A stretch of 64,000 bases of DNA from Adineta vaga (taxonomy: Eukaryota; Animalia; Rotifera). This document shows positions 50,897 to 62,726 of the stretch, one piece after another. The first letter of the stretch is position 1, and every line of letters starts with the position of its first letter. The translations under genes and the position numbers were made by a program. The notes under the pieces are model-generated. The model was given only the letters and a program-made list of their open reading frames with translations, was not told the origin of the DNA and did no database searches. The stretch lies in NCBI GenBank assembly GCA_021613535.1, contig CP075493.1:17112001-17176000 (forward strand), written 5' to 3'.

Positions 50897-51487
50897 ACCC
50901 TTCAGGAAAATCTTCAATTGGGCGATTCCTGTCCAACAGATGTGAATGATGCTGAACCCGTTGGGATCGTTTACGATCCTAGCGCAAGTATAAATCAGAC
51001 ACGAGATTTGTATCCATTTGAATCAGTCATCGAAGTTCATAATGTCGAGATAAACTACTTAAGTCGAATACAGATGCCTAATGAAGTATTTGTGACTACA
51101 GCTCTATTCAAAGAATCAGATGCGGATAATGTGAAAGTCTTTGTTGAGACTTACCTACATAATAATCAAGCTGTTCTATTTTATTACTTAATATTTACTG
51201 ATGGACAACAGTATGATAATCTTTGGCCAAATATTTATTCTCCAAAACTTGTATGGTGTTGTTCAATCACAGATAATAATGTATGGGCGCTTCGAGAAGC
51301 CTGCGCAAAAGCGAATAGTCTAACCATTGAGTATTGCGGTCGACGTACGCGACAATTCAACAGAGCAGGTCAAATAAATAGATCCCATAGATATACTGAA
51401 AAGAAACTTCGTCTGGTTCGTCTTCAACGCATCTATACAGAAGAATTAGAAAAAAGTATGGAGTTGGATCGTAAACCAAATATATAA
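50897..51487 (+). CDS. Hypothetical protein, last exon (probable upstream exon ~50587-50668)
   Basis: About 190-codon open frame after an AG acceptor; no family recognised. Confidence 0.5.
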   Translation, partial: TLQENLQLGDSCPTDVNDAEPVGIVYDPSASINQTRDLYPFESVIEVHNVEINYLSRIQMPNEVFVTTALFKESDADNVKVFVETYLHNNQAVLFYYLIFTDGQQYDNLWPNIYSPKLVWCCSITDNNVWALREACAKANSLTIEYCGRRTRQFNRAGQINRSHRYTEKKLRLVRLQRIYTEELEKSMELDRKPNI

Positions 51488-52373
51488 TATCAATTCAATT
51501 ATTATTTTTACAGACACTGTTGTAGTTGATTTTCCATTGAATTTTGAATTTTTTGATCAAACTTCAAAATTGATAGAATCAAAATCTATAGAAACACCAA
51601 AAGTGAACTTAAGCGTGTATCCTTGTTACAATTTTGATCTGATTCAATACGTCTTTTATTCGTAGTTACAATAATATTATTTCCAAATGAGTATAGTGAC
51701 TCTTGAAGGTGTGGATGAGATAGTTAGTCTTTAATATCCACACCAACTTTCTCGATAGCTGAGGGACCAAAATCAAAGCTATCTAAAGAAATTTTTTAAA
51801 TCAAGATCATAATATGTCATGGTGAGTATGTTCCTTCTCTCGCTCATTCTAAATTAAAATATGAGAAAAGAACAGTTTGTTATAAAGATGAGGAATATAA
51901 AAATCAACTCAATAAAATTGTCGAATTCTGCTAGAATTTTCTTGAAATCGTCTGGTCACTTGTTTGACTTATCTGGATCCAGCCTAGTCAAACTATCTCG
52001 CGATTGGTGAAGAAATGATAATTTTTTATATAACCAACGATGATTTTTATTCATTTATATTTTCGTTCTTGATACGTGGATATTTGGGGCGACGATCAGG
52101 GTGTCGATGTAGCTACTAATACAATACTTACATCTGTAAAATGCACTGGTAGTTTATGTTACGACATGAATTCAAAATATGAAATATTAGCTAAATTTGA
52201 TTCCAATAACATAACACGAAATGGTTGACTAATTCTATAATCTTTGATTATATGTCATTTTAATAATTATCTTTACAATTAGGAATCTTCAGAGACCTCG
52301 TATATATCAAAAATGTCAATAGCGACATTTATTTCAGTTGGTTGTATACTTACAAATTCAACAGGATCTGAAA

Positions 52374-52619
52374 TTGAGGGTGTGGGTGTGGGTGTGGGTG
52401 TGGTGTGGGTGTGGGTTGTGGGTGTGGGTGTGGATGTGGGTGTGGGTGTGGATGTGGGTGTGGGTGTGGGTGTGGGTGTGGGTGGGTGTCGGTGTCGGTG
52501 TGGATGTGGGTGTGGGTGTGGGTGTGGGTGGGTGTCGGTGTGGATGTTTCTTTAACGTGTGACAGGCACACCCACGCCGACACCGACACGCACACCCCTA
52601 CCCCCACCCACACCCACAA
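52374..52619. repeat. Telomeric-repeat hairpin D
   Basis: TTGAGGG(TGTGGG)n, 27-nt loop ATGTTTCTTTAACGTGTGACAGGCACA, CA-rich arm. Confidence 0.9.
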
Positions 52620-52870
52620 GATTTGGGGGTTTTAGCGTGTTTTACAAATACCCATACATGACAGATGCCCCCATTTGAATTGACGCTCGTGTTGATGAAT
52701 AATCCTTCAACTATCGAACGAAGTACGTAATTGATTCTTTATTTGCCTAGATAAGAGAGGCTGATCCAAGATTGATATTCGTTTTATTTCATATAAATAT
52801 TGACAAACGTTTTATGCAACTCAGTAATTCAGATACGAACAGTTTGTTATTTTCTTTAATGCTAGAGAAC

Positions 52871-53767
52871 ATGAATATTTTGTGTCTGTTCGTTTTGACG
52901 ACAATTGGAGTTAGAATTGATGCGAATGTCAATGTGAAAGTAATGATAAAACAACCGTTTCCAGCCGAATTTCAATCACTCGAATCGGCGATTCATAATC
53001 ATATCACGACAGCGATTCAAGATTGGAGTAGCCATTTCGAAACTGCGCCCTGTACACTCGACGTCGAGTTCAGTCTTCAAAATTGGGCAAATCGAGGTGG
53101 TGGCCGTAGCTTTGCTTCAGTTAATTTTGAGAACCAAGATTTACCCGGAAAAATAATTTTGGACCAAGGAGCATCCTACGAAATGCGGACAGGAATCGAT
53201 CCAAATGGGGAAGGAACACCCGACATCGAGATTTTCTTTGATCCAATATATTTTCGTACTTTATGGTTTGATCCCGATCCGACAATGCGTACAGCCACGA
53301 TGCCCAACCAAAATGAAGGAAAATTGGACGCGTATTCTGTTATACTTCATGAACTTGGTCATGCTTTGGGCTTCAATGGATTTCTTAGTCAAACTACAGG
53401 TCAAATGACAGGAAATTATTTATCAGTTTACGATCGATGGGTAAATTTTGATGGAAGAAATTTTTTCTTCAACGGACCCAACACTTTGACATTCTACGGA
53501 CGACCCGTAATATTAGCTCATACAAAAAACGGTTATCATCATGTTGGTGAATTTGAAGATATGACTGATCCAAATTTGGCCCAGGATTTGATGAATGGAT
53601 TTGCCCTCGAGTACAGTCATCGATATTATATTTCTTTACTAGACGTTGCAATCTTGCTCGATTGTGGAATGACTTTGCAAAATACTAATCGTCAAAACGT
53701 TTTCAAAAAAAATCATGGTAACATCAATGATAAGATGATGAATTTACCAGAACCTCCAGCGATATAG
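52871..53767 (+). CDS. Secreted zinc metalloprotease, intronless, bacterial-like
   Basis: Signal-like MNILCLFVLTTIGVRIDA; YSVILHELGHALGF; distal HHV; DLMNG Met-turn-like; ISLLDVAILLDCG. Confidence 0.8.
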   Translation: MNILCLFVLTTIGVRIDANVNVKVMIKQPFPAEFQSLESAIHNHITTAIQDWSSHFETAPCTLDVEFSLQNWANRGGGRSFASVNFENQDLPGKIILDQGASYEMRTGIDPNGEGTPDIEIFFDPIYFRTLWFDPDPTMRTATMPNQNEGKLDAYSVILHELGHALGFNGFLSQTTGQMTGNYLSVYDRWVNFDGRNFFFNGPNTLTFYGRPVILAHTKNGYHHVGEFEDMTDPNLAQDLMNGFALEYSHRYYISLLDVAILLDCGMTLQNTNRQNVFKKNHGNINDKMMNLPEPPAI

Positions 53768-54551
53768 TTCATCATTATTAATTTACTGACTTCGAGAAGA
53801 TAGAAACGAAATAAATTATGTATTTCGTTCTCTATAGTGAGTGCAGAAGAGAATCAAACGTTTATCTTAATACTTCCATAGAGAGGATTCTATCTCATTA
53901 AATAAAGATTGATCAGACAATAAATAGTTCACACGTATAACACTATAATATACCAAATTCTTACTGAATCGTTGTTTGCTGAGATGAAACAAGTAGCGTT
54001 CATTCTTATTACTCGTTGATCCTTTTGTGAAACACGATTTGAAAGAAGTGTTTCACAGACATGACAGGCCTATTCAATTGATATTTAATTCCAATTTAAT
54101 TACTATTGAATCCTTTAAATACCAGCGAGGTGTATAAGCCCCACCTTTTTCAAATTTGATAAAATTTAAATAACTCAGGAAAACGAAATAATATCAACGT
54201 ACCGTTTTCGTTACGGCATACAAGACAGTTCGATACATATATTTGGACGATGTTCATCACTTAAAGATGAAATAATTAGTGTAAGTGATGATAGAAAATC
54301 ATATGTGATCTTAATGACAATAAGTAACGCTCGTCGAGGGCAACTCGCTTTACCCTTGACTGAATTTATTCCTTAGTCTAACCGAGACAGATGCTCGTGA
54401 AAGTTGTCGATTATATTCGTATGAACAAGTCAAACATAAATGACTCGCATTCACAGTAATTCATATGAGCAGTATGCAATTACATTAGATCAAGAAAACA
54501 GTTTTGAGATGCGGACTACGATTACGACAGATATCGTTTCTTACAGCAGAA

Positions 54552-54632
54552 GGTGTTGGCGGGTGTGGGTGTGGGTGTGGGTGTGAATGTTTCTTTAACG
54601 TGTGACAGGCACAACCACACCCACACCCTCAA
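54552..54632. repeat. Telomeric-repeat hairpin E
   Basis: Same 27-nt loop as D (54587-54613); ends CCACACCCTCAA. Confidence 0.9.
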
Positions 54633-55570
54633 GTGTTTCGTCAACTTCGATATAATTATGTAAATCAAACGGTTTCACATATTGTATTCACTGTTGAGTC
54701 CGAAATTAGGGGATTTATAAATCGATTTATTTATATTGATTTATAAATCATAAATTTTTGAACCGAAAATTTAAAATAGTTATAAATATTTTTGGTATTT
54801 ATAAATCGAGCCTATTTATAAATCTTTGAACCATTTATAAATGCTCGAATAATTTATAAATAATGTACTCATTTATAAATCCATTCCATTTATAAATGTA
54901 TTTGTAGTTTATAAATATTTGAACGATTTATAAATGCTTACTCGATTTATAAATCTAGCTTATTTATAAATGAATACTTTGTAAATAAATGCGAGTATGT
55001 TATGTAAGTCAATATCAGTAAAAAAACATCCTGATGCTGGAATACGATTTTACCAAATGTAAAAATATTATTGTCATGAATTTATAGTAGACATATAGAG
55101 AACTTTGGATTTCTAAACTCATTAAATTATCAATCTCGACGCCATTTATAAATTTCGACCCGGTTTATAAACGTCCTAAACTTTTACGATTTTTGTTAAA
55201 TTTAAATTTTTGTCAAAATAGTTTCGGACTCAACAGTGATTGTATTGAATAAGCAATAAAAAGTAATATTCTTCCAACTATAGAAATAAGTGAATAAATA
55301 ATTAGATAAATACCAATATTCGTAGAACGTATCCGTTTGCTACGTATGCATATTTTTAAGGTCAAACCATTGTTCAATAAGGATAAAAATGTAAGAATTA
55401 AAGAAATGATGAAGCTATCATGGTTTAGATAGAATTGTACTTGTTGTTTTCTTGGAATTAATTCCAAACAATTAAAACCTTGATAACAAGGATTGCATTG
55501 ACAATAAGATTGATTTAAAGCCTCATTCCATATCAATTGGCCATTATTCGAACAGTTAATCAACATTTTA
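54633..55570 (-). pseudogene. EGF + 7TM receptor gene fragment interrupted by a MITE and ending at hairpin E
   Basis: CSNNG...CQCNPCYQGFNC, TM1-TM2 (LLNNGL, NIGIYL); removing the MITE restores SIQYVKPFDLHNYIEVDET up to the hairpin. Confidence 0.7.
54689..55238. mobile_element. MITE with 8-bp TSD (hAT/P-like) filled with ATTTATAAAT palindromes
   Basis: 17-bp TIR CACTGTTGAGTCCGAAA; TSD ATTGTATT (54681-54688, 55239-55246). Confidence 0.92.
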
Positions 55571-55808
55571 CGTCGAAGATTACTCAGTTTAACTTACTGT
55601 CACTAAGTTTTTTTTCAAATTTATGTGTCTTATCAGATATAAAAAAAGAAAAAAAGAAAGTGATAAGAATTTTTTTCTTTTTTTCCAACCTTACGACATT
55701 AACATCAATCCTACACATAAATGTTTTTCTTTTTTTCGGTTTTTATTTGTGGAAGAATGGAAATAAAACCATCAGTATCAGTAATTGAATCGTTTTTTAG
55801 ATTTAGAT

Positions 55809-56694
55809 ATGAACAATCAATGTTATATCAATTGTCCTGTATTAAATACTGTTTATGGATGGCATTTAAATGATGAATATAATTCAGCTTTGAAAAAAGC
55901 AGAACGTTTTCGTTTATATTATAAAGAATTATACAGAGAAAGACATTGGTTAATCAAATTTTTTTTTTCGATCAAATACGACGATTAAAGATTCAATTTA
56001 TGCCTTTAAAAAAGGTTATTTAGATTATATTGACAAATCGGAAGATAGCAATATATGGAAAGAAATTTTGAATAAGCTTAAGTTTGCCAGTGAAAACGAA
56101 GATTCAGAGTCCGTTGTTTTTGCTTATACTTGTTCACAAAAGTTTGGTGAAATAATCAAAAAGGATATGGCAAGAAATACTTTTCATGAATTTACTCTTT
56201 ATTGCACATCACTCAATTGCACTGTCTTAGCATGTACACAAGATGGTATTCAAGCATTTCTTGCTATAATGTTTCATCAAAGTTTGAATAAATTCGTATG
56301 TAAAGGTCATTTCACTGTATATCGTGGTGCGGTTATTGATGATCTAAAACTATTGGAAGGATATAAAAATGGTTCTATAATTATAACGACGACATTTTTG
56401 TCAACGTCAACAGAACAAAATGTTTCAAATATATTTAAAGATAGAAATTCCAATAATCCAAATGAAATATCGGTTTCATGTACGTATCTTCTTCATAATC
56501 ATCGACGTACAGCTCTTAACATATCAAGTATATCAGCATTTAGTAGCGAAGGAGAAATATTAATTTATCCATATGTTCCCTTTCGAATCATTTCATTTGA
56601 AAAACATCTAGAGCAAAAACAAATTAACGCGGTTTTAGAAGAAATTGATGATGTGGAAAACAAACAACAGTGCTGCTCTATTTGTTTAAACTGA
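55809..56694 (+). CDS. Stand-alone ADP-ribosyltransferase (R-S-E type); frameshift in a poly-T run
   Basis: VYRG, FLSTS, SEGEILIYP; the two track ORFs overlap and switch frame at the T-run 55958-55968. Confidence 0.75.
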
Positions 56695-56878
56695 ACAATT
56701 CACGTTTTGTTTTATACTGAAATATATCGTTGTGATTTTTAGAATAAAATCACAAAAATTTGATTAAATTTTTAATAAATTTTAATCCATTTAAAAATAA
56801 TTTATTAATTTTCCTAGAAATCATCAAATTTCTAATTTTGATAATTGTTTCTGCGTGAGTAATATGCTTGAATTATAA

Positions 56879-56944
56879 ATGGGTGGGTGTTGGTATGAAG
56901 AGCATGTCTTTTTCTTACCAACATTCACACCCACATCCACCCCA
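56879..56944. repeat. Degenerate telomeric-repeat hairpin F
   Basis: ATGGGTGGGTGTTGGT...ACCAACATTCACACCCACATCCACCCCA. Confidence 0.55.
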
Positions 56945-57166
56945 TTTCAATCACAGAGTTCAATTTTGGTTGATATCTCTTCTCTATATCAAAACTCGTC
57001 AATTGAGTTTAATATTAAATACGAAGCAACTTTATTGATTAATCTTTCTTCTATGTTGCTTTTCATATCTAAATACATTTGTATATGAATTTATTCAAGA
57101 TCTATATCATATGTTTTGAATAAATGAATCACATTGAGATGAGAAGATTAATCTTTTATTGAACAA

Positions 57167-57212
57167 AGGTGTGGGGGGTAAGTGTTCGTGTCTTTCTCTC
57201 ACCCACACCCTT
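57167..57212. repeat. Degenerate telomeric-repeat hairpin G
   Basis: AGGTGTGGGGGGT...ACCCACACCCT. Confidence 0.5.
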
Positions 57213-57609
57213 TCGAAAAGCAATAGTCTCGAAGACTCTCGGTAAGATATCCATCTCATATCCTTTACCTTTCAAAAAACTTTTCTTTCGAATTTTATCT
57301 ATATCTTATGACTAATAATTGACACTTTCATGTTTTCAACGTAATTTTATCTTTGTCATTCGTTGGATTTTTCTCAGCAAATATCTTACGAAATCCTACG
57401 TATATGTTGTACATTACATATCAATAAGAGTATATTATCGTGACATATCTGTGTAATCAAAATGTTAAAAAATATTAACTTTACAAAAGAGATTCTATCA
57501 TTGCTCATTGCTGGTAAAAAACAATGATGATGATGAATGTGAGTATTACGATTGTATATAAAAAATATTATTTATAAAATAATAAATTATAGACTAATCA
57601 TTCTTATCT

Positions 57610-60600
57610 CTATTATGATCCAAATTCAATTTCAAATTTTAATCGATTTCATCTGAATCATACACATTTTGATTTGAATGTCGATTTTGATAGTCATATT
57701 CTACATGGTTATGTTCAATTAGATATTGTTCGTCTCAATCAAAAACAATGTGAATATTCATCAACTATAAAAAACAATGATGAAATACCTCATAATCTTG
57801 ATGGAAAACTTGTTCTTGATGCTTATCAATTAAATATAGAAAAAATCATATATAAAACATCATTACTTCCATTTAAAATCAATACCAAATCTAATTCATT
57901 AATTATCGATATAAAACAAATTCCAAAGGACATTATTTCTATTTCTATTTTGATTTATTATTCAACATCATCTAATCAATCAAAAGCATTACAATGGATG
58001 TCAAAAGAACAAACCACTGATCGACAATATCCATATATGTGTAGTCAATGTCAAGCAATTCATGCACGATCATTATATCCTTGTCAAGATACATCCGGTG
58101 TGAAAAGTATATATACAGCTAAAATTATTTGTCCTAAACCATTAATAGCAGTAGGTTCGATATATTATCATTCTTTCCAATGATATTGATAAATTTAGTT
58201 AATGAGTGCATTTCAAACCAAACATGATGTAGATACAAATACATTTTATTTTGAGCAAACAATTGTTGTTCCATCTTATTTAATCGCAATTGCTGTTGGT
58301 CATTTCGTTTCATATGATTTACGAGTATATGTAGTGAAGCAAGTTGTTGTGAACGATGTAAATATGAATTTGAAGAGACTGAACATGTTTTGTCTACTGC
58401 TGAACAACTTCTCGGTGAATATCAATGGAAGCGATATGATTTTCTTGTTCTTCCACTATCATTGACAAGTGTAATTGTACATGAATTAACTCATTCATGG
58501 ACTGGTAGAATATAAAGTTTGAATTGTTTTTATTCTTTATTGCTTTCTAGATAATCTGGTAACAAATGAAAATTGAGAACATTTTTGGTTAAATGAAGAT
58601 TTTACACCATTTATTCAACCAAAATTAATCGGACTTTGAGCTAAAGATAATGGTAAAGCACGACGTTTTCATTCTGCTCAACGATGGCAAGGATGAAAAT
58701 CAGTTCTAATCGATTTTGGCTCAACTAATCCATATACATGTTTAGTTTATCGTTTGAAAAATATCGATCATGATGATGCTTATAATTCTAGTAAGATTTC
58801 ATTTAGTTTTCTTTAATATTATCTTTCTAATATTTAAAACTATTTTAACACAATATTATAAAGGTGCAGCACTTCTCTGGTACGTTGAACATGATATTGT
58901 TTGTTCAGAAATTGATTTTGATCAATTTCTTCGTTCATATATTAAAAAATTTACTTATCAATCTCTCAATACTGATGATTTTATTCAATATTTTGAATCC
59001 TATTTTCCACAGGTAAAAAATAAAGTTGACTGGAATTTATGCTTATATAAACCTGGAATGCCTCCAATCACTATTGATTATTCAATTTACTTCTCAATAA
59101 AAATCCGTCAACAATTACTTGTGATATAATTAGACGAATTGCTAAAAGTTGTCAAATGAATAAATATTCTAATGGTGATATATGTTATCAATGGTATTTA
59201 TTATGTATTCGAGTGAAATATATTGAAGCATTAGATGATATTTTTAAATTTCTTGGACAAAATGGTGAAATGAAGTTTTTAAAACCAATGTATGCTGAAT
59301 TTGAATTATCATGGCCAGAAATGATGATAGAAGTAGAAAAATTCTTTGAAAAACACAAAAAATATATTCATCCACCCATGTAAACATGAAACGCACAATA
59401 GACGCATCTAGTCGCGTTTCGTATTGCAAACCGCATCTAGACGCGGCTAAAATCAAGTTTTGTCGCGTTTAGCCGCGTGTCTATCAAAAAACGCGTTCAA
59501 ACGCGAGTACAAAAATTTTGGTTTTGCGTACAGACGCAACTATATATGTAATCGCATTTCAACGCAGCTTAAAGGAGTTTGAGCCGCGTCTGAACGCGAT
59601 TGGTAACAAAACCGCGTTTGCATGCGGTTTATAAAGACTCTTGAAATGCGTTTAGACGCGATCCATTATGTATTTGCGTCTATACGCAAGTATAATAAAT
59701 TTTCCGACGCATCTGGACGCACTCTTCTTTGCAAACGATATAATGGCGATTCGTGAAGTATGTTGTGCTGCGTTTGCACGCAGTCGCATTTAGAAATGCG
59801 TCACTACGCAACTCAGAGGTATTATCTAAATGCGTTTGGCTGCACATATCTTTGAAAACGCGTCGAGATGCATTTAAAAAATCTTCAGACGCATCTGAAC
59901 GCTATTAAAACACTTTTTAAATGCGTTTCGACGCGGTTTTTCCCTGAATCGCGTTTAAACGCAATTGCTTGGTGCGAATTCGATGCGTTTTTTTCCAAAA
60001 GAATATTTGTAATCTGTCTTATAAGTGATCTAAAATCTTATTTTTTATTTTGGAAGATGTTAAAATATGTAAAATCTTATGTAGAATATATCAATGACAG
60101 TCAAAATCGCGTGAATGAGTTTGAGAGTCTTTGGTAAATTATCCATCTATCTTGGTAAATGAAATATATCAAAGTTATAGCTAAAACTATCGTTCGATGT
60201 ATTTATATGAATCATTTGAGTTCCATTTATTATTTCAATAAGAAGAATTTCTCAAAAATAATTCATCATGATATCTTAGAAACAAATCTGTCTAATATTT
60301 ATTATACAGAATAGAAGATAAAAAGACAGTTTATCTAAAACTGTTAGGCTTATTTAAAAAGATATGAAAAAATATTGAAATTTGTTTTTTGAAGAAACGA
60401 TAGAATCATTTTCGTTGATGTATCTAACTTCTAAATTCAATGATCGACTAGATATCGATTTCAACAAGAATAGATTTCGAGTAAGTATAACTCAGTGGTG
60501 TATGTTCACGACTTCTGATCAATGGTTCACACGTTCAAATCTGCTTCTCGTCATGTAAGTAAAAAATTCAATTCATTTGCCAAAGTAGGCTAAGACCATC

Positions 60601-60982
60601 CACGTGTAATATTGATGGCGACTCGGTTCGAATCTGAGATGAATTGAATTGATGCATTTTTTGCCTAAATTAAAAATTTAACCGAAACGCATCTGAACGC
60701 ATTTCTCTTTGATCGCGTCTAGACGCAAGGAATGTTTCACTGACGACGCGGTTCGAATCTGAATCGCATTCAGACGCAGTTTGAATCCGAACCGCGTTCA
60801 GATGCAACTAATTTTTCGAGCGCGTAAAAAAGTCAGGAATGTTTCATCCACGCTGCGTCTCGCTGCGTTTTGATTGCTGTAATCCAGACGCGTTTTAGGC
60901 GCGATTGAGACGCGTTTTGACACAAAAAATATTTACATGGGCACTTCTTGTAAAACAAATCGAACAGCGAATTAGAAAATAA
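57610..60982 (+). pseudogene. LTA4H: Leukotriene A4 hydrolase / M1 aminopeptidase pseudogene
   Basis: DPNS, SQCQAIHARSLYPCQD, PSYLIAIAVG, HELTHSW, FWLNE; frameshifts, stops, GGMEN segment missing; last codons HPLLVKQIEQRIRK* split by an insertion. Confidence 0.9.
59375..60941. mobile_element. Non-autonomous CACTA/EnSpm-like element
   Basis: CCCATGTAAA...TTTACATGGG termini; 2-bp CA duplication whose removal restores the LTA4H frame; dense ACGCG/GACGCA subterminal repeats. Confidence 0.88.
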
Positions 60983-61247
60983 ACTATTTAACTTTTGTTT
61001 AAATTAATCATAGAAAAGAATCACTCAGCGTACTAACAAAAAGAAGAAGAGACTGATTTCCAAAAGTCCGAAACACTTACATAACTCAGAATTAGTTATT
61101 CATAAATGCTTTATGCCTTTAGATTTCCTCGAATCTATGTTTTGTTTGATGAAAAATCTTAGTTTCATAGTATAGTTGAACTTACTTATTCTCTAGATTT
61201 TCGTTTTTTATTTGCATCTTAAATAGGAAAAAATGAAAAAACATTTT

Positions 61248-62726
61248 TTATTCCAAAATTAAATCAAGTCTTGCGATTCGATGATTCCAACGGTCAGCAA
61301 CATAAAGATTTCCTTCAACATCAAATGATAAACCACTGGGACAATTCAATTCTTCTCCTTCTCCATTTCCACCACCAACAATTTCACTTTCTTCTTTTCC
61401 TTCGCACCAACGCATTATTCGATTGTTATTACAATCTGCACCATAAATTTGACCAAAATGATCGACAACTATTCCATAAGGATAAGACAATTGATTGAGA
61501 TTATCTCCTTGATCATTTCCATCAGCAACAACAATTCCTTCTTTTGCATCTTTTCTCCATTTCATTACACTCTCACTCAAACAATCTGAAACATAAATCG
61601 ATTGTTCATCATCAATAAAGATAAAAGTAGGATCATTCAATTGATTAAGTTGATCTCCTTTTACATTTCCACCCGCAACTACTTATGTCCTTCTTTTTCT
61701 CCAATTTTCCATCTTCTCACTTTATTCTTCTGTTCATCACAAATATAAAGAAATCCAAATTTATCTTTTGTTAAACCATGACACGAAATATTTTCAATGA
61801 TAATTTCTTGTTGATTTTTTTTATTCAACCATCGAATCACTCGTCTGTTCACTTGGTCAGCAATAATCACATTTATTGGTCCATCCAATTGATCAATTCT
61901 TTCTCCTTTTCCATTTCCTCTTGCAACAATTGTTGCATGTTGTTTCCATTTTTTGAATTTAAATTCTTCAAACAGAAAAAAAAAGAAATTTTGAAAGGAA
62001 AAACAACTTTCAAGAAATATTCTTTTCTTTGTTTTCAAAATTTATTTAATAAAATTTCTACTTACTCCTCTCTTTTAGAGTTGTTTTCATTAGTAAACTA
62101 TTCATTGCAGATGTTATAGTGTGTTGTTACTCTTTTTCATCATTAATTTCCACCAAATGAACATGGAATGAACCTTTTCGATGTTCTAAAACATTACCTT
62201 GAACATGAAAATCAGTTCCCATTGTTAAAATGACTTCATCTTCTTGTTCTTGATCAGTGTAATCTGAGATTTTCTTCCCACTTGATGTTTCAATGAGAAA
62301 TATTGTTGAATTTGTTTCATTTCCAAGAAAATCTTTGATCACATGATAACTGAAGATGAACAAGAATTGACGCTCCACCATGTTAATTGTTGATTTTTAG
62401 AGAAATTCTCTCCAATATCATTTAAAACACCACGTCAAACATTTTCTCGAACAGTTGGTAAATTGTCAAAGCATCACGATTTTCATCACGTAAAACTTTG
62501 TTTAAAACTCGATATAAACTTGTTTCACCCCATTCCATTGTATAAATATAGATGGAAGCAGATTCATCACATGTTAAACCATGTTCCGATGGAAAATGAC
62601 AACGTTTTTTTGCTGTTTGCACATAAAAAGGTAGTTGATGAATGTGTAATTGAATTGGTTGTAAAGATTCTTCAAGTGAAACAAGTTTTGCACTTCGATA
62701 ACCATAAATAGCTGGAAGTCTTTTGA
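61248..62726 (-). pseudogene. ART + NHL-repeat fusion pseudogene, 5'-truncated
   Basis: FKRLPAIYGY, ESASIYIYTMEW...LYRVLNKVLR, QEDEVIL; NHL exon with stop at 61679-61681; frameshifts; start replaced by telomeric repeats. Confidence 0.8.

Noticed and set aside
52070-52372. Two possible small exons before hairpin D
   Set aside because: Splice sites are plausible but there is no start or family match; too weak to call.
60481-60640. Functional tRNA genes
   Set aside because: Acceptor and anticodon stems do not pair; reported only as tRNA-like boxes.
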